A stretch of DNA of 64,000 nt from NCBI GenBank assembly GCA_030390025.1, contig JASTWF010000033.1, positions 3,164,001 to 3,228,000 of the forward strand, written 5' to 3'. This DNA is from Squalus acanthias. Taxonomy: Eukaryota. A program made the translations under genes and the position numbers. How positions within the stretch are numbered: the first letter of the stretch is position 1; each line of letters starts with the position of its first letter. The notes beneath the pieces were generated by a model. That model searched no databases. It was given only the letters and a program-made list of their open reading frames with translations, and was not told the DNA's origin. Below, piece by piece: positions 1 through 13,440 of the stretch.

Positions 1-890
1 GGGCCATTGTGAATAGCTGCGTCCCAAGCACTGATCCCTGCAGTGCCCCACTAGTCACCGCCTGCAACCCTGATAGAGGCCCATTTATTGCTACTGTCTG
101 TTTCCTGTCTGTTAACCAATTTTCCATCCATGCCAGTATATTACCCCAAATCCCATGTGCCTTAATTTTGCACACTATGCTCTTATGTGGGACTTTTTCA
201 AAGCCTACTGAAAATCCAATGACACCATATCCACTGATTCTCGCTTATCTAGGCTACCAGTTACATCCTCAAAAAACTCCAGTAGGTTTGTCAAACACGA
301 GTTCCCTTTCATAAATCCATGTTGACTTTGTCTAATCCCGTTGATATTTTCTAAGTGTCCTGTTATCACATCCTTTATAATAGATTCAAGCATTTTCCCT
401 GCTACTGATGTTAGGCTAACCGGTCTGTAGTTCCCTTTTTTCTCTCTCCATCCTTTTTTTAAATAGTGGGGTTACATTTAACACCCTCCAACTGCAGGAA
501 CTGTTCCATAATATATAGAATTTTGGAAGAGGACAACCAATGCATCCATTTCCTCTTTTAATACACTGGGGTGCAGGTTATTTGGCACTGGGGATTTATC
601 GGCTTTCAGTACATTAATTTCTCCAGCACTATTTTTTTTACTAATACTAATTTCCTTTAATTCCTCCTTCTCACTAGACCCTTGGTTCAGTAACATTTCT
701 GCGAAGTTATCTGTGGCCTCTTCTGTGAAGACAGAACCAAAGTATGTGTTTAATTGCCCTGCCATTTCCTTGTTCCCCAATAAAAATTCTCCCGTTTCTG
801 ACTGTAAGGGACCTACATTTGTCTTCATTAATCTTTTTCTTTTTACATATTTCTTAAAGCTCTTACAATCCGCTTTTATGCTCCTTGCAA

Positions 891-1092
891 AAGTGAAAAG
901 TCGCAAAACACCAGGTTATAGTCCAACAGTTTTATTTGAAATCACAAGCTTTCGGAATGGCTGCTCCTTCGTCAGGTGAATGGGCAGCGCTCCGAATGCT
1001 TGTGATTTCAAATAAAACTGTTGGACTATAACCTGGTGTTGTGCGACTTCTCACTTTTGTCCACCCCAGCCCAACACCGACATCTCCGCATC
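891..1092. mobile_element. Short Penelope-like terminal (pLTR) insertion with fold-back structure, family A, inside CR1
   Basis: Same sequence as the end of the Penelope element at 16320. Arms ~889-955 and ~991-1059 are inverted. TSD atgctccttgcaa (878-890) / atgttccttgcaa (1093-1105). Confidence 0.85.
943..978 (-). ncRNA. Minimal type I hammerhead ribozyme motif (Penelope family A)
   Basis: Minus strand reads CAC-CTGACGA-A-GGAG cagcca TTCC-GAAA-GC-TT-GTG: core boxes CUGANGA and GAAA, stem I CAC/GTG, stem II, palindromic AAGCTT. Confidence 0.75.
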
Positions 1093-3984
1093 ATGTTCCT
1101 TGCAAGATTACTCTCGTACTCTATTTTTCCCCCTTAATCAATCTTTGTTTTTTTTTGCTGAATTCTAAACTGTTCCCAATCCTCATGCTTGCTACTTTTT
1201 CTGGCAACTTTAATGACTCCTCTTTGGATCTAAATACTATCCTTAATTTTGTTTTGATAGCCATGGTTTGGCCGCTATTCCTTTTGTGTTTTTTGCGCCA
1301 GAATGGAATGTATAACTTTTGCAATTCATGCGTTCATTCCTTAAATGTTAGCCATTGCCTATCCACCGTCATGCCTTTTAATGAAGCTCCACAAACTATC
1401 ATAGCCAACTCACTCCTCATACCTTCGTAGTTCCCTTTGTTTAGATCTAGAACCCTAGTTTCGGATTCGACTTCCTCACTTTTCTTCTTAATGAATAATT
1501 CCAACATGTTAAGGTCACTCTTCCCTAAAGGAATCCGGACAACAAGATTATTAATTACCGCTTCTCATTGCACAATACACAATCTAGGATAGCCTGTTCC
1601 CTAGTTGGCTCCTCAACGTAATGGTCTATAAAACAATCTCGTACACAGTCCAGGAATTCATCCTCCACAGTATTATTGCTGATTTGGTTCGGCCAGTCTA
1701 TATGTAGATTAAAGTCACCCATGATTATTGTAGTGCCCTTGCTACATGCATCTCTAATTTCCTGTTTGATGCCATCCCCTACATTAGCACTACTGTTTGG
1801 AGGCCTCAATACAACTCCATCAATGTGTTCTGCCCCATGGTGCTTCTTAGCTCCACACAGACTGATTCTACATCTTGATTTTCTGAGCTAATATCCTTTC
1901 TCACTATTGCTCTGATTTCATCCTTTACTAACAACGCCTCCTTTTCCTTTTTGCCTGTCCATCCTAAATATCGAATATCCTTGGATATTCAGCTCCCAGT
2001 CATGGTCACCCTGCAGCCATGTCTCTGTAATCGCAATTATATCGTATCCGTTTACATCTATTTGCGCTGTTAATTTGTCTACCTTATTACGAATGCTCAG
2101 CACATTCAGATACAGTGCCTTTAGATTTCGCTTTTTAACATTTTTAGACATCTTAACATACTATGGCCCTATTTGTATTATTACCATTTTTTCTTTCCCA
2201 GGCTCTATTTTTTAGTGCACACCTTTGTTTGCACGCTCTGTCCATTACTGACACAATCTGGTTATCCTTACCCCAATCACATTCCTGCACTGCTTCCTTG
2301 TCTTTTCTCTTTCGCATTCTAGATTTCCCTCCACCGGGACCCCCCTACCCTCCCGCCCGTTATATAGTTAAAAGCCCTATCCACCTCCCTAATTATTCGA
2401 TTTGCTCCCAGCATGGTTCAGGTGTAGTCCATCCCAATGGAATAGCTCTCTCTTTCCCCAGTACTGGTGCCAATGCCCCACGAATCGAAATCCATTTATC
2501 TCACACCAATCTTTGAGTCACGCATTGATCTCCCTGATCCTATTGATACTATGCCAATTTGCTCGTGGCTCCAGTAATAATCCAAAGATTATGACCTTTG
2601 TGGTTCTGCTTTTCAAATTAGTCCCTAGCTGCACAAACTATCTCAGCAGAACCTATTTCTTTGGCCTACATATGTCTTTGGTACCTACGTTGACCACGAC
2701 AACTGGATGCTCCCCTTTCCACTCCAAGTTCTTCTCCAGCCCGGAGGAGATGTCCTTTACCCTGGCACCGGGTGGCAACATAAGCTTCGGGACTCACGCT
2801 CCTGCCTGCAGTGAACAGCGTCTATCCCCCTAGCTATACTGTCACCTACTACAACCACCTTCATTTTTATTCCCCCACGTGAACGGTTTCCTCTTCTACC
2901 GTACCGTGGTTAGTTTGCTCGTCCTCCCCGCATCGCTGCACTTGTCCACAAGGGTTGCAAGATCCGGCAATCTATTGGACAAGTGCAGGGACTGAGGCTC
3001 CTGCAATACTTCCTCCTGGATCCCCGTACCTGCCTGTCCCTGACCACGTGTCAACTCGAAAGTATTTAATCTGATGGGTGCGTCTGCCTCCTGGAGCAAA
3101 AGGTCCAGGTAACTTTCTCCTTCCCTAATGTCCCGCAATGTCTGAAGCTCGGATTCCAGCTCCTCAACTCAGAGCCGAAGTTCCTCGAGCCGCAGACACT
3201 TACCGCAGATGTAGTCGGCCTAGACAAAAATGTTCACATGCTCCCACATATTGCAGCAACAACACATCTACTGTTCTCCCAGTATTTTATTTAATAATTA
3301 ATTAGTTTAGTGTTAATCAAATTATTTACCTCGTTTAATTTATTAAATTAATTAAATTAAGTTTAGTTTTTAAAATTTAGTTATATGCTATATGGTAACG
3401 TAAAATTTAGCCGACCGCCAGTACCAATCACTTACCTGCTTTACCTTTGACGTCACACTGCCGTTTTCTCTTGTTGATGCAGGTCTGCTGCTGCTTTTAT
3501 CCCCGCTCTCGGGCCTCGGTCTGCTCCCGCTCAGGTCCGCCGCTGCTCTGCGGGACAAGTTAGGAAAAGCAAGGCAAACAGCACCGCCATCCCCCACTTC
3601 ACCGAAGTCCCACACTTACCAAACTCCCAGTTGTTCTCTCTGTCCCCGCTGCACTTTGTGCCGGTTGCACTCACAGGCACCTGTATTTATATTGTTTGTA
3701 ACACAGATGAGTCTGCACGGCTCTGCTGTTGTTTCAGGAACCAGTTTAATCCACTTAGCTAATTAACTTACTACAGCAGCTCTCCAGCAGGAGAGCTTGC
3801 TTGTTAATCTCTGCTTCAGCCTAAAAGAAACTTAAAAATTAAAAGTTTAAAGTTTAAGTTAAATAATTTATCTTACTTAAGAGCTACTAGCAATTAACAC
3901 CAGATTTTAATAGAGATTAACCCTTAAAAGTGATTAACCCTTAAAACTCCCACACTGACCAAACTCCAAGTTGTTAACTCTGTG

Positions 3985-4930
3985 CCCGCAGAGAGAGACA
4001 CATGGGGGGAAATAGAGAGACAGTGACAGACCCGGGGCGCAGAGAGACAGACCGACTGGGAGGGAGATGGATGGAGACAGACTGCGGGGAGACTGATGGT
4101 GGGTGACACAGAGAGGGACAGATGTGGGTGTCAAAGGGGGTGATAGATGGGAGGAGGCAGACGGGAGGAGATAGATGGAAAGGAAGCAGAGAGAGACAGG
4201 AATGGGGAGGCAGAGCGAGAGAGGCATATGTGGAGACAGAGCGAGAATCAGACCGGGGGCAGAAATGTACGGTGAGAGTGGCACTGATGGAGACAGACTA
4301 GGGAAATACAGTGAGAGACAGGCAGGGGACCAGGGAAAGTTGTAGAAGTGGTGAGCTAGACGGAGAAACAGCCGGGGTGGGGGAGGCAGAGTGAGAAAGT
4401 CGGGGGTCGATAGAGAGAGACATAAAGACAGACGGGGAAACAGATGGGGTGAGAGGCAGTGGAGATAGAGGGAGAGAGAGATGAACGGTGGGAGAACGAG
4501 AGGTGCAGGCAGTCGGCGGAGAGAGATGTGGGGAGAAACAGAGAGACAGAAGGGGCAGAGAGATGGGGTGAGACAGAGAGAGAGGGACAGAAATGGAGGA
4601 GAAAGAGAGAGAGAGTGAGACAGTGGAGGGGGGGTTGGTAGGCAGAAGGTGGACGCAGACGTGGGAGATAGTAGTGCTAAATCTGACGGCAGAAGATTGA
4701 AAGACGAGTGAAATCTGCGGAGACAGAAAGAGAGAGATAGACAGATGGGGAGACAGACTGGGGTACAAAAATGCAGGGAGACAGACGCGAGTAAGACAGA
4801 CAGGGGGAGGCAGACAGAGAGATCGACGGGGACACAAAGAGAGAGAGAGACAGACAGAAGGGGCGGAGACAGACGTAGATACACAGAGAGAGACAGACTT
4901 GGAAAATAGACAGTGTGGAGACAGACAGGG
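3985..4930. repeat. Purine-rich (GA/GAGA) low-complexity region
   Basis: Degenerate gagagacaga-type repeats; only Ser/Leu-rich spurious ORFs. Confidence 0.85.
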
Positions 4931-6855
4931 AGGAAATGGCTGACCAATTAAATACATACTTTGCATCTGTCTTCACAAAGGAGGACACAAATAACCTCCC
5001 AGAGATGTCGGGGAACATAGGGACTAATGAGAGGGAGGAACTGAATGAAATCAGTATTTGGAGGTAAATGGCGTTAGGGAAATTGACGGGATTGAAGGCT
5101 GATAAATCCCCAGAGCCTGATAATCTACATTATAGGGTGTTTAAGGAAGTGGCCCTAGAAATAGCAGTTGCATTGCTGGTCATCTTCCAAAATTCTATAA
5201 ACTCTGGCACAGTTCCCATGGATTGGAGGGTAGCTAATGTAACCCCACTATTTAAAAAGGTGGTAGAGAGAAAACAGGGAATTATAGACCGGTAAGCCTA
5301 ACATCGGTAGTGGGGAAAATGCTAGAGTCCATTATAAAAGATGTAATAGCAGAGCACTTGGAAAACAGTGAATGGATCGGACAAAGTCAACATGGATTTA
5401 CCAAAGGTAAATCGTGCTTGACTAATCTACTGGAATTTTTTGATGATGGAACTTGTAGAATAGATAAGGGAGAACCAGTGGATGTGGTGTATTTGGACTT
5501 TCAGAACGCTTTCGATAAGCTCCCGCAGAAGAGATTAGCGTGTAAAGTTAAAGCACATGGAATTGGGGGCAAGGTATTGACTTGGATAGAGAACTGGTTG
5601 GCAGACAGGAAGCAAAGAGTTAGAATAAACGTGTCTTTTTCCGAGTGGCAGGCAGTGACTAATCGGAAACAGAAGGGATCGGTCCTTGGACCCCAGCTAT
5701 TCACAATATATATTAATGATCTAGACGAGGGGACTAGATGTAATATCTCCAAGTTAGCAGACGACACAAAGCTGGGTGGGCGTGTGTGCTGTGAGGAGGA
5801 TGCCGAGAAACTCCAGTATGATTTGGACAGGTTGGGTGATTGGGCAGATGCATGGCAGATGCAGTATAATGTGGATAAATGCGAGGTTATCCACTTTGGT
5901 CGCAAAAACCGGAAGGCAGATTATTATCTGAACGGCAATAAATTGAGAGAAGGGGAAGTGCAACGAGACCTGGGTGTCCTTTTGCACTAGTCGCTGAAGG
6001 CAAGCATGCAGGAGCAGCAGGCTTTTAAGAAGGCAAATGGTATGTTTGACTTCATAGCGAGAGGATTCGAGTACAGGAACAAGAATGTCTTGCTGCAGTT
6101 TTACAGTGATATGGTGAGACCACACCTTGAGTATTGTGTGCGGTTTTGGTCGCCTTATCTTAGGAAGGATGTTCTTGCCATGGAGGGAGTGCAGCGAAGA
6201 TTCACCAGACTGATACCTGGGATGGCAGGAATGGCGTATGAAGAGAGATTGGGTCGATTGGGCTTATATTCGCTGGAGTTTAGAAGAATGAGAGGGGATC
6301 TCATTGAAACTTATAAAATTCTAACAGGACTAGACAGACTAGATGCAGGAATGATGTTCCCGATGGCGGGGGAGTCCAGAACCAGGGGTCACAGTTTAAA
6401 GATAAGGGGTAAGCCATTTAGGATAGAGATGAGGAGGAATTTCTTCACCCAGAGAGTGGTGAACCTGTGGAATTCTCGACCACAAAAGGCAGTTGAGGCC
6501 AATTCATTAAATATATTCAAGAAGGAGTTAGATATATTTCTTTAGGCTAAAGGGATCAAGGGATATGTGGAGAAAGCAGGGACAGGGTACTGAATTTGGA
6601 TGATCAGCCATGATCTCATTAAATGGTCAAAAATGAGAAGTCGCACAACACCAGGTTATAGTCCAACAGATTTATTTAAAATAACTCCGAAAGCTTGTAA
6701 TTTTAAATAAATCTGTTGGACTATAACCTGGTGTTGTGCGACTTCTCATTTTTGTCCACCCCAGTCCAACGCCGGCATCTCCGCATCATTAAATGGTGGA
6801 AGAGGCTCGAAGGGCCGAATGGCCTACTCCTGCTCCTAACTTCTTTATTTCTATG
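4930..6855 (+). mobile_element. 5'-truncated CR1 LINE (RT and 3'UTR), decayed
   Basis: QHGFTKGKSCLTNLLEFF, YLDFQNAFD, GSVLGP, LADDTKL, RRMRGDLIE; CR1 3'UTR (gggccgaatggcctactcctgctcc). Confidence 0.93.
6628..6785. mobile_element. Short Penelope family A fold-back insertion in the CR1 3'UTR
   Basis: Perfect 55-bp inverted repeat 6628-6682 / 6700-6754; TSD tcattaaatggt (6616-6627, 6786-6797). Confidence 0.87.
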
Positions 6856-8076
6856 AAAGATGAGGGAGTTCAGATAGAGACGCAGACGGGGAGAAAGAGA
6901 GAGAGAGAGAACAGGAGGGAGACAGGCAGACAAATATATGGTGGGAGATAGCGAGTTAATAACTGCCCAGTGGGCGGAGACAGACCGAGGTGGAGAGGCG
7001 GATGGAGGCAACTTCGGGGGAGACAGCTGGTGGGTGACACAAAGAGACAAGCATGATTGTGATAGGATGGAGGAGGCAGAAGGGAGAGACAGATGGTGGG
7101 TGAACCAGAGAGAGAAGAATGAATATGATACGATGGAGGACGCAGAAGCGAGGGACCCATGTTGGGTGACACAGAGAGAAGGATGGGTGTGATAGGATAA
7201 AGGAGGCAGGAGGGAGAGACAGCTGGTGGGTGACACACAGAGAGAAGGAAGGTTTTGATAGGATGGTCGAGTTAGAAGGGGGAGACAGAGGCTGTGTGAC
7301 AGAGCGAGAAGGATCTGTGTTATAGGTGAAGGAAGAAGAAGGGAGAGATAGATGGTGGGTGACAAAGAGAGAGATGGATGGGAGTGATAGGATAGAGGAG
7401 GCAGAAGGGAGAAACATATCGTGGGTGACACGGCGACAGGATTGAAGTCATAGGATGGAGGAGGCAGAAGGGAGAGGCAGATGGTGGGTAACCCAGAGAG
7501 AGAAGGATGGGTGTAATAGGAGGGAGGAGGCATTAGGGAGATAGAGATGGTGGGTGACAGAGAGAGATAATGATGGGTGTGGTAGGATGGAAGAGGCAGA
7601 ACGGAGAGAGAGATGGTGGGTGACACAGAGACAGAATGATGGAAGTGATTGGATGGAGGAGGCAGAAGCGAGTGAAAGATGTTGGGTGACACAGAGAGGG
7701 AAGGATGGGTGTGATAGGATGGAGGAGGCAGAACGGAGAGAGAGATGGTGGGTGACACAGAGACAGAATGATGGAAGTGATTGGATGGAGGAGGCAGAAG
7801 CGAGTGAAAGATGTTGGGTGACACAGAGAGGGAAGGATGGGTGTGATAGGATGGAGGAGGCAGAACGGAGAGACAGATGGTGTGTGACAGAGAGAGAGAA
7901 TCATGGGTAGGTCAGGATGGAGGAGGCAGAAGGGAGGGACAGATGGTGTGTGACCCCGAGAGAGCGAACGATGGATCTGATAGCAGCGAGGAGATGGGAG
8001 TGAGAGACAGATGGTGAGTGACAGAGAGAGAGAGAAGGACGGGTGTGATAGGATGGAGAACGCAGAAGAGAGAGGC

Positions 8077-10337
8077 ATTAGAACTTAAGAAAAAGGAGCA
8101 GGAATTGGCCACTTGGCCCTTCGAGCCTGCTCTGCCATTCAATAAGATCATGGCTGATCTAGGGCTCAAAGCCACTTCCCAGCCCGCTCCCCATATCCCG
8201 TCACTCCCTTATCTTGCAAAATTTTGTCTAGCTCCCCAATTAAATGTACTTAATGACTCAGCCTCCACAGCTCTCTGGGGCAGAGAATTCCACAGATTTA
8301 CGACCCGCTGAGAGAAGGAGTTCCTCCTCATCTCACTTCTAAAAGCGCGACCCTTTATTCTGAGACTGTGCCCCGGGTTCTAGATATCCCCACGAGGGGA
8401 AACATCCTCTCTACATCTACCCTGCCGAGCCCGCTCAGTATCTTATATGTTTCGATAAGATCACCTCTCATTCTTCTAAATTCCAATGCGTATAGGCCCA
8501 GCCTGCACAACATTTCCTCATAAATCAAACCCCTCCTCTCTGAAATTAACATAGTGAATCGTCTCTGAACTGCCTGCAATGCAAGTATATCCTTCTTTAA
8601 ATAAGGAGACCAAAACTGTACGCAGTACTCAAGGTGTGGTCTCACCAATACCCTGTACAGTTGCAGCAGGACTTCCCTGCTTTTATACTCCAACTCCCTT
8701 GAGATAAAGGCGAACATTCCATTTGCCTTTTTGATTACTTGCTGTATCTGCATGCTAACTTTTTGTGTTTCATGCACAAGGACCCCCAGGTACCTCTGAA
8801 CTGTAGCATTTTGTAATCTCTCTCCATTTAAATAATAGTTTGCGTTTTTATTTTTCCTGCCGAAGTGGATAACCTCCCACTTTCCCACATTATACTCCAT
8901 CTGCCAAATATTTGCCCACTCATATAGGCTCTCTATATCCCTTTGCAGATTCTTTGAGTCCTCTGCACAACTTGCTTTCCCACCCATCTTTGTATCATCC
9001 GCAAACTTGGCTACATTACACTCGATCCCTTCATCCAACTCATTAATGTAGATTGTAAATAGTTGGGGCCCCAGCACCAATCCTTGTGGCACCCCACTAG
9101 TTACCGTTTGCCAACCAGAAAATGACCAATTTATCCCGACTCTCTGTTTTCTGTTAGGTAGCCAATTCTCTATCCATGCTAATATATTACCCCCAACTCC
9201 GTGAGCTCTTATCTTATGCAATAACCTTTTATGTGGCGCCTTATCGAATGCCTTCTGGAAATCCAAATAAACCACATTCAATGGCTCACCATTGTCGACC
9301 CTGCTTGTTACATCCTCGAAGAACTCCAGCAAATTTGTTAAACATGATTTCCCTTTCCGAAAACCATGCTGACTCTGTTTTATTGCGCTATGCTTTTCTA
9401 AATGCCATGCTACTGCTTCCTTAATGAAGGACTCTAGCATTTTCCCAACGACAGATGATAGGCTAACTGGTCTATAGTTTCCTGCTTTCTGTCTATTTCC
9501 TTTCTTAAATAGGAGTGTTACATTAGCGGTTTTCCAATCCGCTGGAACCTCTCCAGAGTCCTGGGAATTTTGGTATATTGCAACCAATGCACCCACTATC
9601 TCTGCAGCCACTTCTTTTATGACCCAGGGATGCAGGCCATTTGGTCCATGGGGAATTGTCGTCTATTAGTCCCATTATTTTACCGAGTACTATTTCCTTA
9701 GTCATCGTAGTTGTCTTTAGTTCCCCACTCCCTGTGGCCCCTTGATTATCCATTATTGGCATGTTGTTGGTGTCTTCTACAATGAAGACAGATCCAAAAT
9801 ATTTGTTCAGTGTCTCTGCCATTTCCCCGTTCCCCATTAATTCCCCAGTCTTATCCTCTAAGGGACCAACGTTTACTTTAGCTACGCTCTTCCTTTTTTA
9901 TATACCTGGAGAAGCTCTAACTATCTGTTTTAAAGTTTCTTGCCAGCTTAATCTAATAATTCATCTTCTCAATCTTTATTATTTTTTTAGTAATATTTTG
10001 CTGGTTTTAAAACATTTCCCAATCCTCTGGTCTCCCACCAATCTTGGCAACATTGTATGTCTTCGTTTTCAATTTGATACCATCCTTTACTTCCTTAGTT
10101 TGCCACAGATGGTGCTCCCTTCTCTTGAAATCTTTCTTTCTCACTATAATATATTTTTCGTGAGAGTTATGAAATATCTCCTTAAATGGCAACTGAATTT
10201 CAACTTTATTACACTTTCATTTGTTTTTCCAGTCCACTTTGGCAAGTTCTGCCCTCATGCCATTTTAATTGCCTTTGTTTAAGATCAGGACACGGGTTTG
10301 GAATACAGCTTTCTCACCCTGCAACTGACTTTGAAAT
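8077..10337 (-). mobile_element. 5'-truncated CR1 LINE
   Basis: 418-aa RT ORF 8355-9611 (NYRPVSL, GVPQG, FADDTK); 3'UTR at ~8080-8170. Confidence 0.93.
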
Positions 10338-11389
10338 TGTGGGTGACACAGAAAGAGAAGAACGTGTGTGTGATAGGATGGAGGAGGCTGAAGGGAGAGA
10401 TAGATGGCAGGTGACACAGAGAAAGAAGGATGGGTGCGATAGGATGGAGGAGGCAGAAGGGAGATACAGATTTTGGTTGACACAGAGAGAGAAGGATGGG
10501 TGCGATAGGATGGAGGAGGCAGTAGGGAGATAGAGATGGTGTTTGAAACAGAGAGCGAAGGATGTGTGTAATAATGGAGGAGGCAGAAGGGAGAGACAGA
10601 TGGTGAGTGACACAGAGGGAGAGAGGGATGGTTGCGATTGCATGGAGGAGGCAGAAGGGAGATGTAGATGGCAGGTGACACAGAGAAAGACGGATTGGTG
10701 TCATAGTATGGAGGTGGCAGAAGAGAGAGACAAATGATGGTTGACACAGTGAGTGAAGAATGGTTTGATAGGATGGAGGAGGCAGAAGGGAGAGACATTT
10801 TGGTGGGGGACACAGAGAGAGGAATGGGTGTCATATGATGGAGGAGGCAGAAGTGAGAGACAGATGGTGGGTGACCCAATAAGATAAGGATGGGTGTGAT
10901 AGCTCTGAGGAGGCAGAAGAGAGAGGCACAAGGTGCGTGACAAAGAGAGTGAAGGATTGGCGTGATAGGATAGAGGAGGCAGAAGGGAGAGACAGATGGC
11001 GGGTGACACAGAGAGAGAAGGAAGCGTGTAAAAGCCTTTGCCGGCAGAAGGAAGAGACAGATGGTGGGTGAAACACAGTGAGAAGAATGGGTTTGATAGG
11101 ATGGAGGAGGCTGAACGGAGAGAGAGACTGTGGCTGACAGAGGGCGTGAAAGATGGGTGAGATAGGATGGAGGATGCAGAAAGGTGAGACAGATGGCGGG
11201 TGACCCTGAGAGAGAGAAGGTGGGTTAGGATGGAGGATGCAGAAAGGAGATACAGATGGTGGGTGACACAGAGAGAGAGACGGAGGGGGGGGTTGGATGG
11301 AGGAGGCAGAAGGGAGAGATAGATGGCAGGTGACACAGAGAAAGACGGATGGGTGTGATAGTATGGGGGTGGCAGAAGGGAGAGACAGA

Positions 11390-12182
11390 TAGAAGCAAAG
11401 AAGCAGAGAAGATAGGAGCAGGAGTAGGCCATTCGGCCACTCGAGCCTGCTCCGCCAATTAATGAGGTCATGGCTGATCATCCAAATTCAGTACCCTGTC
11501 CCTGCATTCTCCCCATATCCCTTGATCCCTTTAACCTTAAGAAATATATCTAACTCCTTCTTGAATATATTCAATGAATTGGCCTCAACTGCCTTCTGTG
11601 GTAGATAATTCCACAGGCTCACCACTCTCTGGGTGAAGAAATTCCTCTTCATCTCAGTCCTTAATGGCTTACCCCTTATCCTTAGACTGTGACCTCTGGT
11701 GCCATCGGGAACATCCTTCCTGCATCTAGTCTGTCTAGTCCTGTTAGAATTTTATAAGTTTCAATGAGATCCCCTCTCATTCTTCTAAACTCCAGAGAGT
11801 ATAAGCCTGATTGACCCAATCTCTCTTCATACGTCATTCTTGCCATCCCAGGTATCAGTCTGGTAAATCTTCGCTGCACTTCCTCCATGGCAAGAACATC
11901 CTTCCTCTGATAAGGCGACCAAAACTGTACACATTACTCAAGGTGTGGTCTCACCAAGGCCTTATGCAACTGCAGCAAGACATCCTTGCTCCTGTACTCG
12001 AATCCTCTCGCTATGAAGGCCAGCATACCATTTGCCTTCTTAACCGCCCGTTGCACCTGCATGCTTACCTTCAGCGACTGGTGCACAATGCCTCCCAGAT
12101 ATCGTTGCACTTCCACTTTTCCCAATCTGTTGCCGTGCAGATAATTATCTGTCTTCTTGCTTTTGCCACCAAAGTGGATAAA
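11390..12182 (-). mobile_element. CR1 LINE 3' fragment
   Basis: KANGMLAFIARG, VQRRFTRLIPG, 3'UTR motif. Confidence 0.9.
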
Positions 12183-13440
12183 GTGGATGGTGGGTGACCC
12201 AGAGAGACAAGGATGGGTGTGATAGGATGGAGGAGGCAGAAGGCAGAGAATGATGGCAGTTGACACAGCGAAAAAAGAATTGGTGTGATAGTAATGAGGT
12301 GGCAGAAGAGAGAGACAGATTTTGGGTTACACAGAGAGAGATGATGGTTGTGATAGGATGGAGGAGGCAGAAGGGAGAGACATTTTGGTGGGGGACAAGA
12401 GAGAGAAGAATGGGTGTGACAGGATGGAGGAGGCAGAATTGAGAGATAGATGATGGGTGACCCAATGAATTAAGGATGGGTGTGATAGCACTGAGGAGGC
12501 AGAAGAGAGAGGCACAAGGTGGGTGACAAAGAGAGGGAAGGATTGGTGTGATAGGATAGAGGAGGCAGAAGGAGAGGGTGGGTGACAAAGAGAGGGAAGG
12601 ATTGGTGTGATAGGATAGAGGAGGCAGAAGGGAGAGACAGATGGTGGGTGACACACAGAGAGAAGGAAGGGTGTAAACGCCTTTGCTGGCAGAAGGGAGA
12701 GACAGATGATGGGTGACAGAGGGATTGAAGGATGAGTGTGATAGGATGGAGGAGGTAGAAGGGAGAGACAGATGGCGGGTGACCCTGAGAGAGAAGGGTG
12801 GCTTAGGATGGAGGATGCAGAAAGGAGAGACAGATGGTGGGTGACACAGAGCTAGAAGGATGGGTGTGATAGGATGGATGAGGCAGAAGGGAGAAACATT
12901 TTGGTAGGGGACATAGAGAAAGAAGGATGCGTGTGATAGGATGGAGGAGGCAGAAGGGATAGACAGGTGTTGTGTTGCACAGAGAGAGAACAATGGGTTT
13001 GATAGGATGGAGGAGGCAGAAGGGAGAGACAGATGGTGGGTGACCAAGAGAGAGAAGGAACGGTGTCAAATGATGGAGGAGGCAGAAGAGAGATACAGAT
13101 GTTGGGTGACCCAGAGAGAGAAGGAAGGGGGTGAAATGATGGAGAAGGCAAAAGGGAGATACAGATGTCGGGTGACCCAGAGAGAGAAGGAAGGGTGTGA
13201 AATGATGGAGGAGGCAGAAGAGAGATACAGATGTTGGGTGACCCAGAGAGAGAAGGAAGGGTGTGAAATGATGGAGGAGGCAAAAGGGAGATACAGATGT
13301 TGGGTGACCCAGAGAGAGAAGGAAGGGTGTGAAATGATGGAGGATGCAGAAGGGAGAGACAGATGTTGGATGACCCAGAGAGAGAAGGATGTGTGTATAG
13401 GGTGGAGGGGGCAAAAGGGAGAGAAGGATGGTGGCTCTCA

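Larger units (their letters stand above)
1..3900 (-). mobile_element. CR1-clade LINE, 5' portion (5'UTR, ORF1, ORF2 APE endonuclease and N-terminal RT), decayed; continues off the left edge
   Basis: ORF1 remnants at ~2390-3270: Cys-rich/leucine-zipper ICGKCLRLEEL..VEELESELQTLRDIREGE and SGNH-esterase-like LPGARVKD/VGTKD/WDGLHLN. ORF2 fragments: LKALYLNV..ITETWL, IMGDFNL, QHGFMKGNSCLTNLLEFFE. Many stops and frameshifts. Confidence 0.9.

Noticed and set aside
982..1004. Plus-strand hammerheads in the fold-back inserts (also 6685-6698)
   Set aside because: Only the 3' half is present (no CUGANGA), and GAAA is mutated to GAAT in the first.
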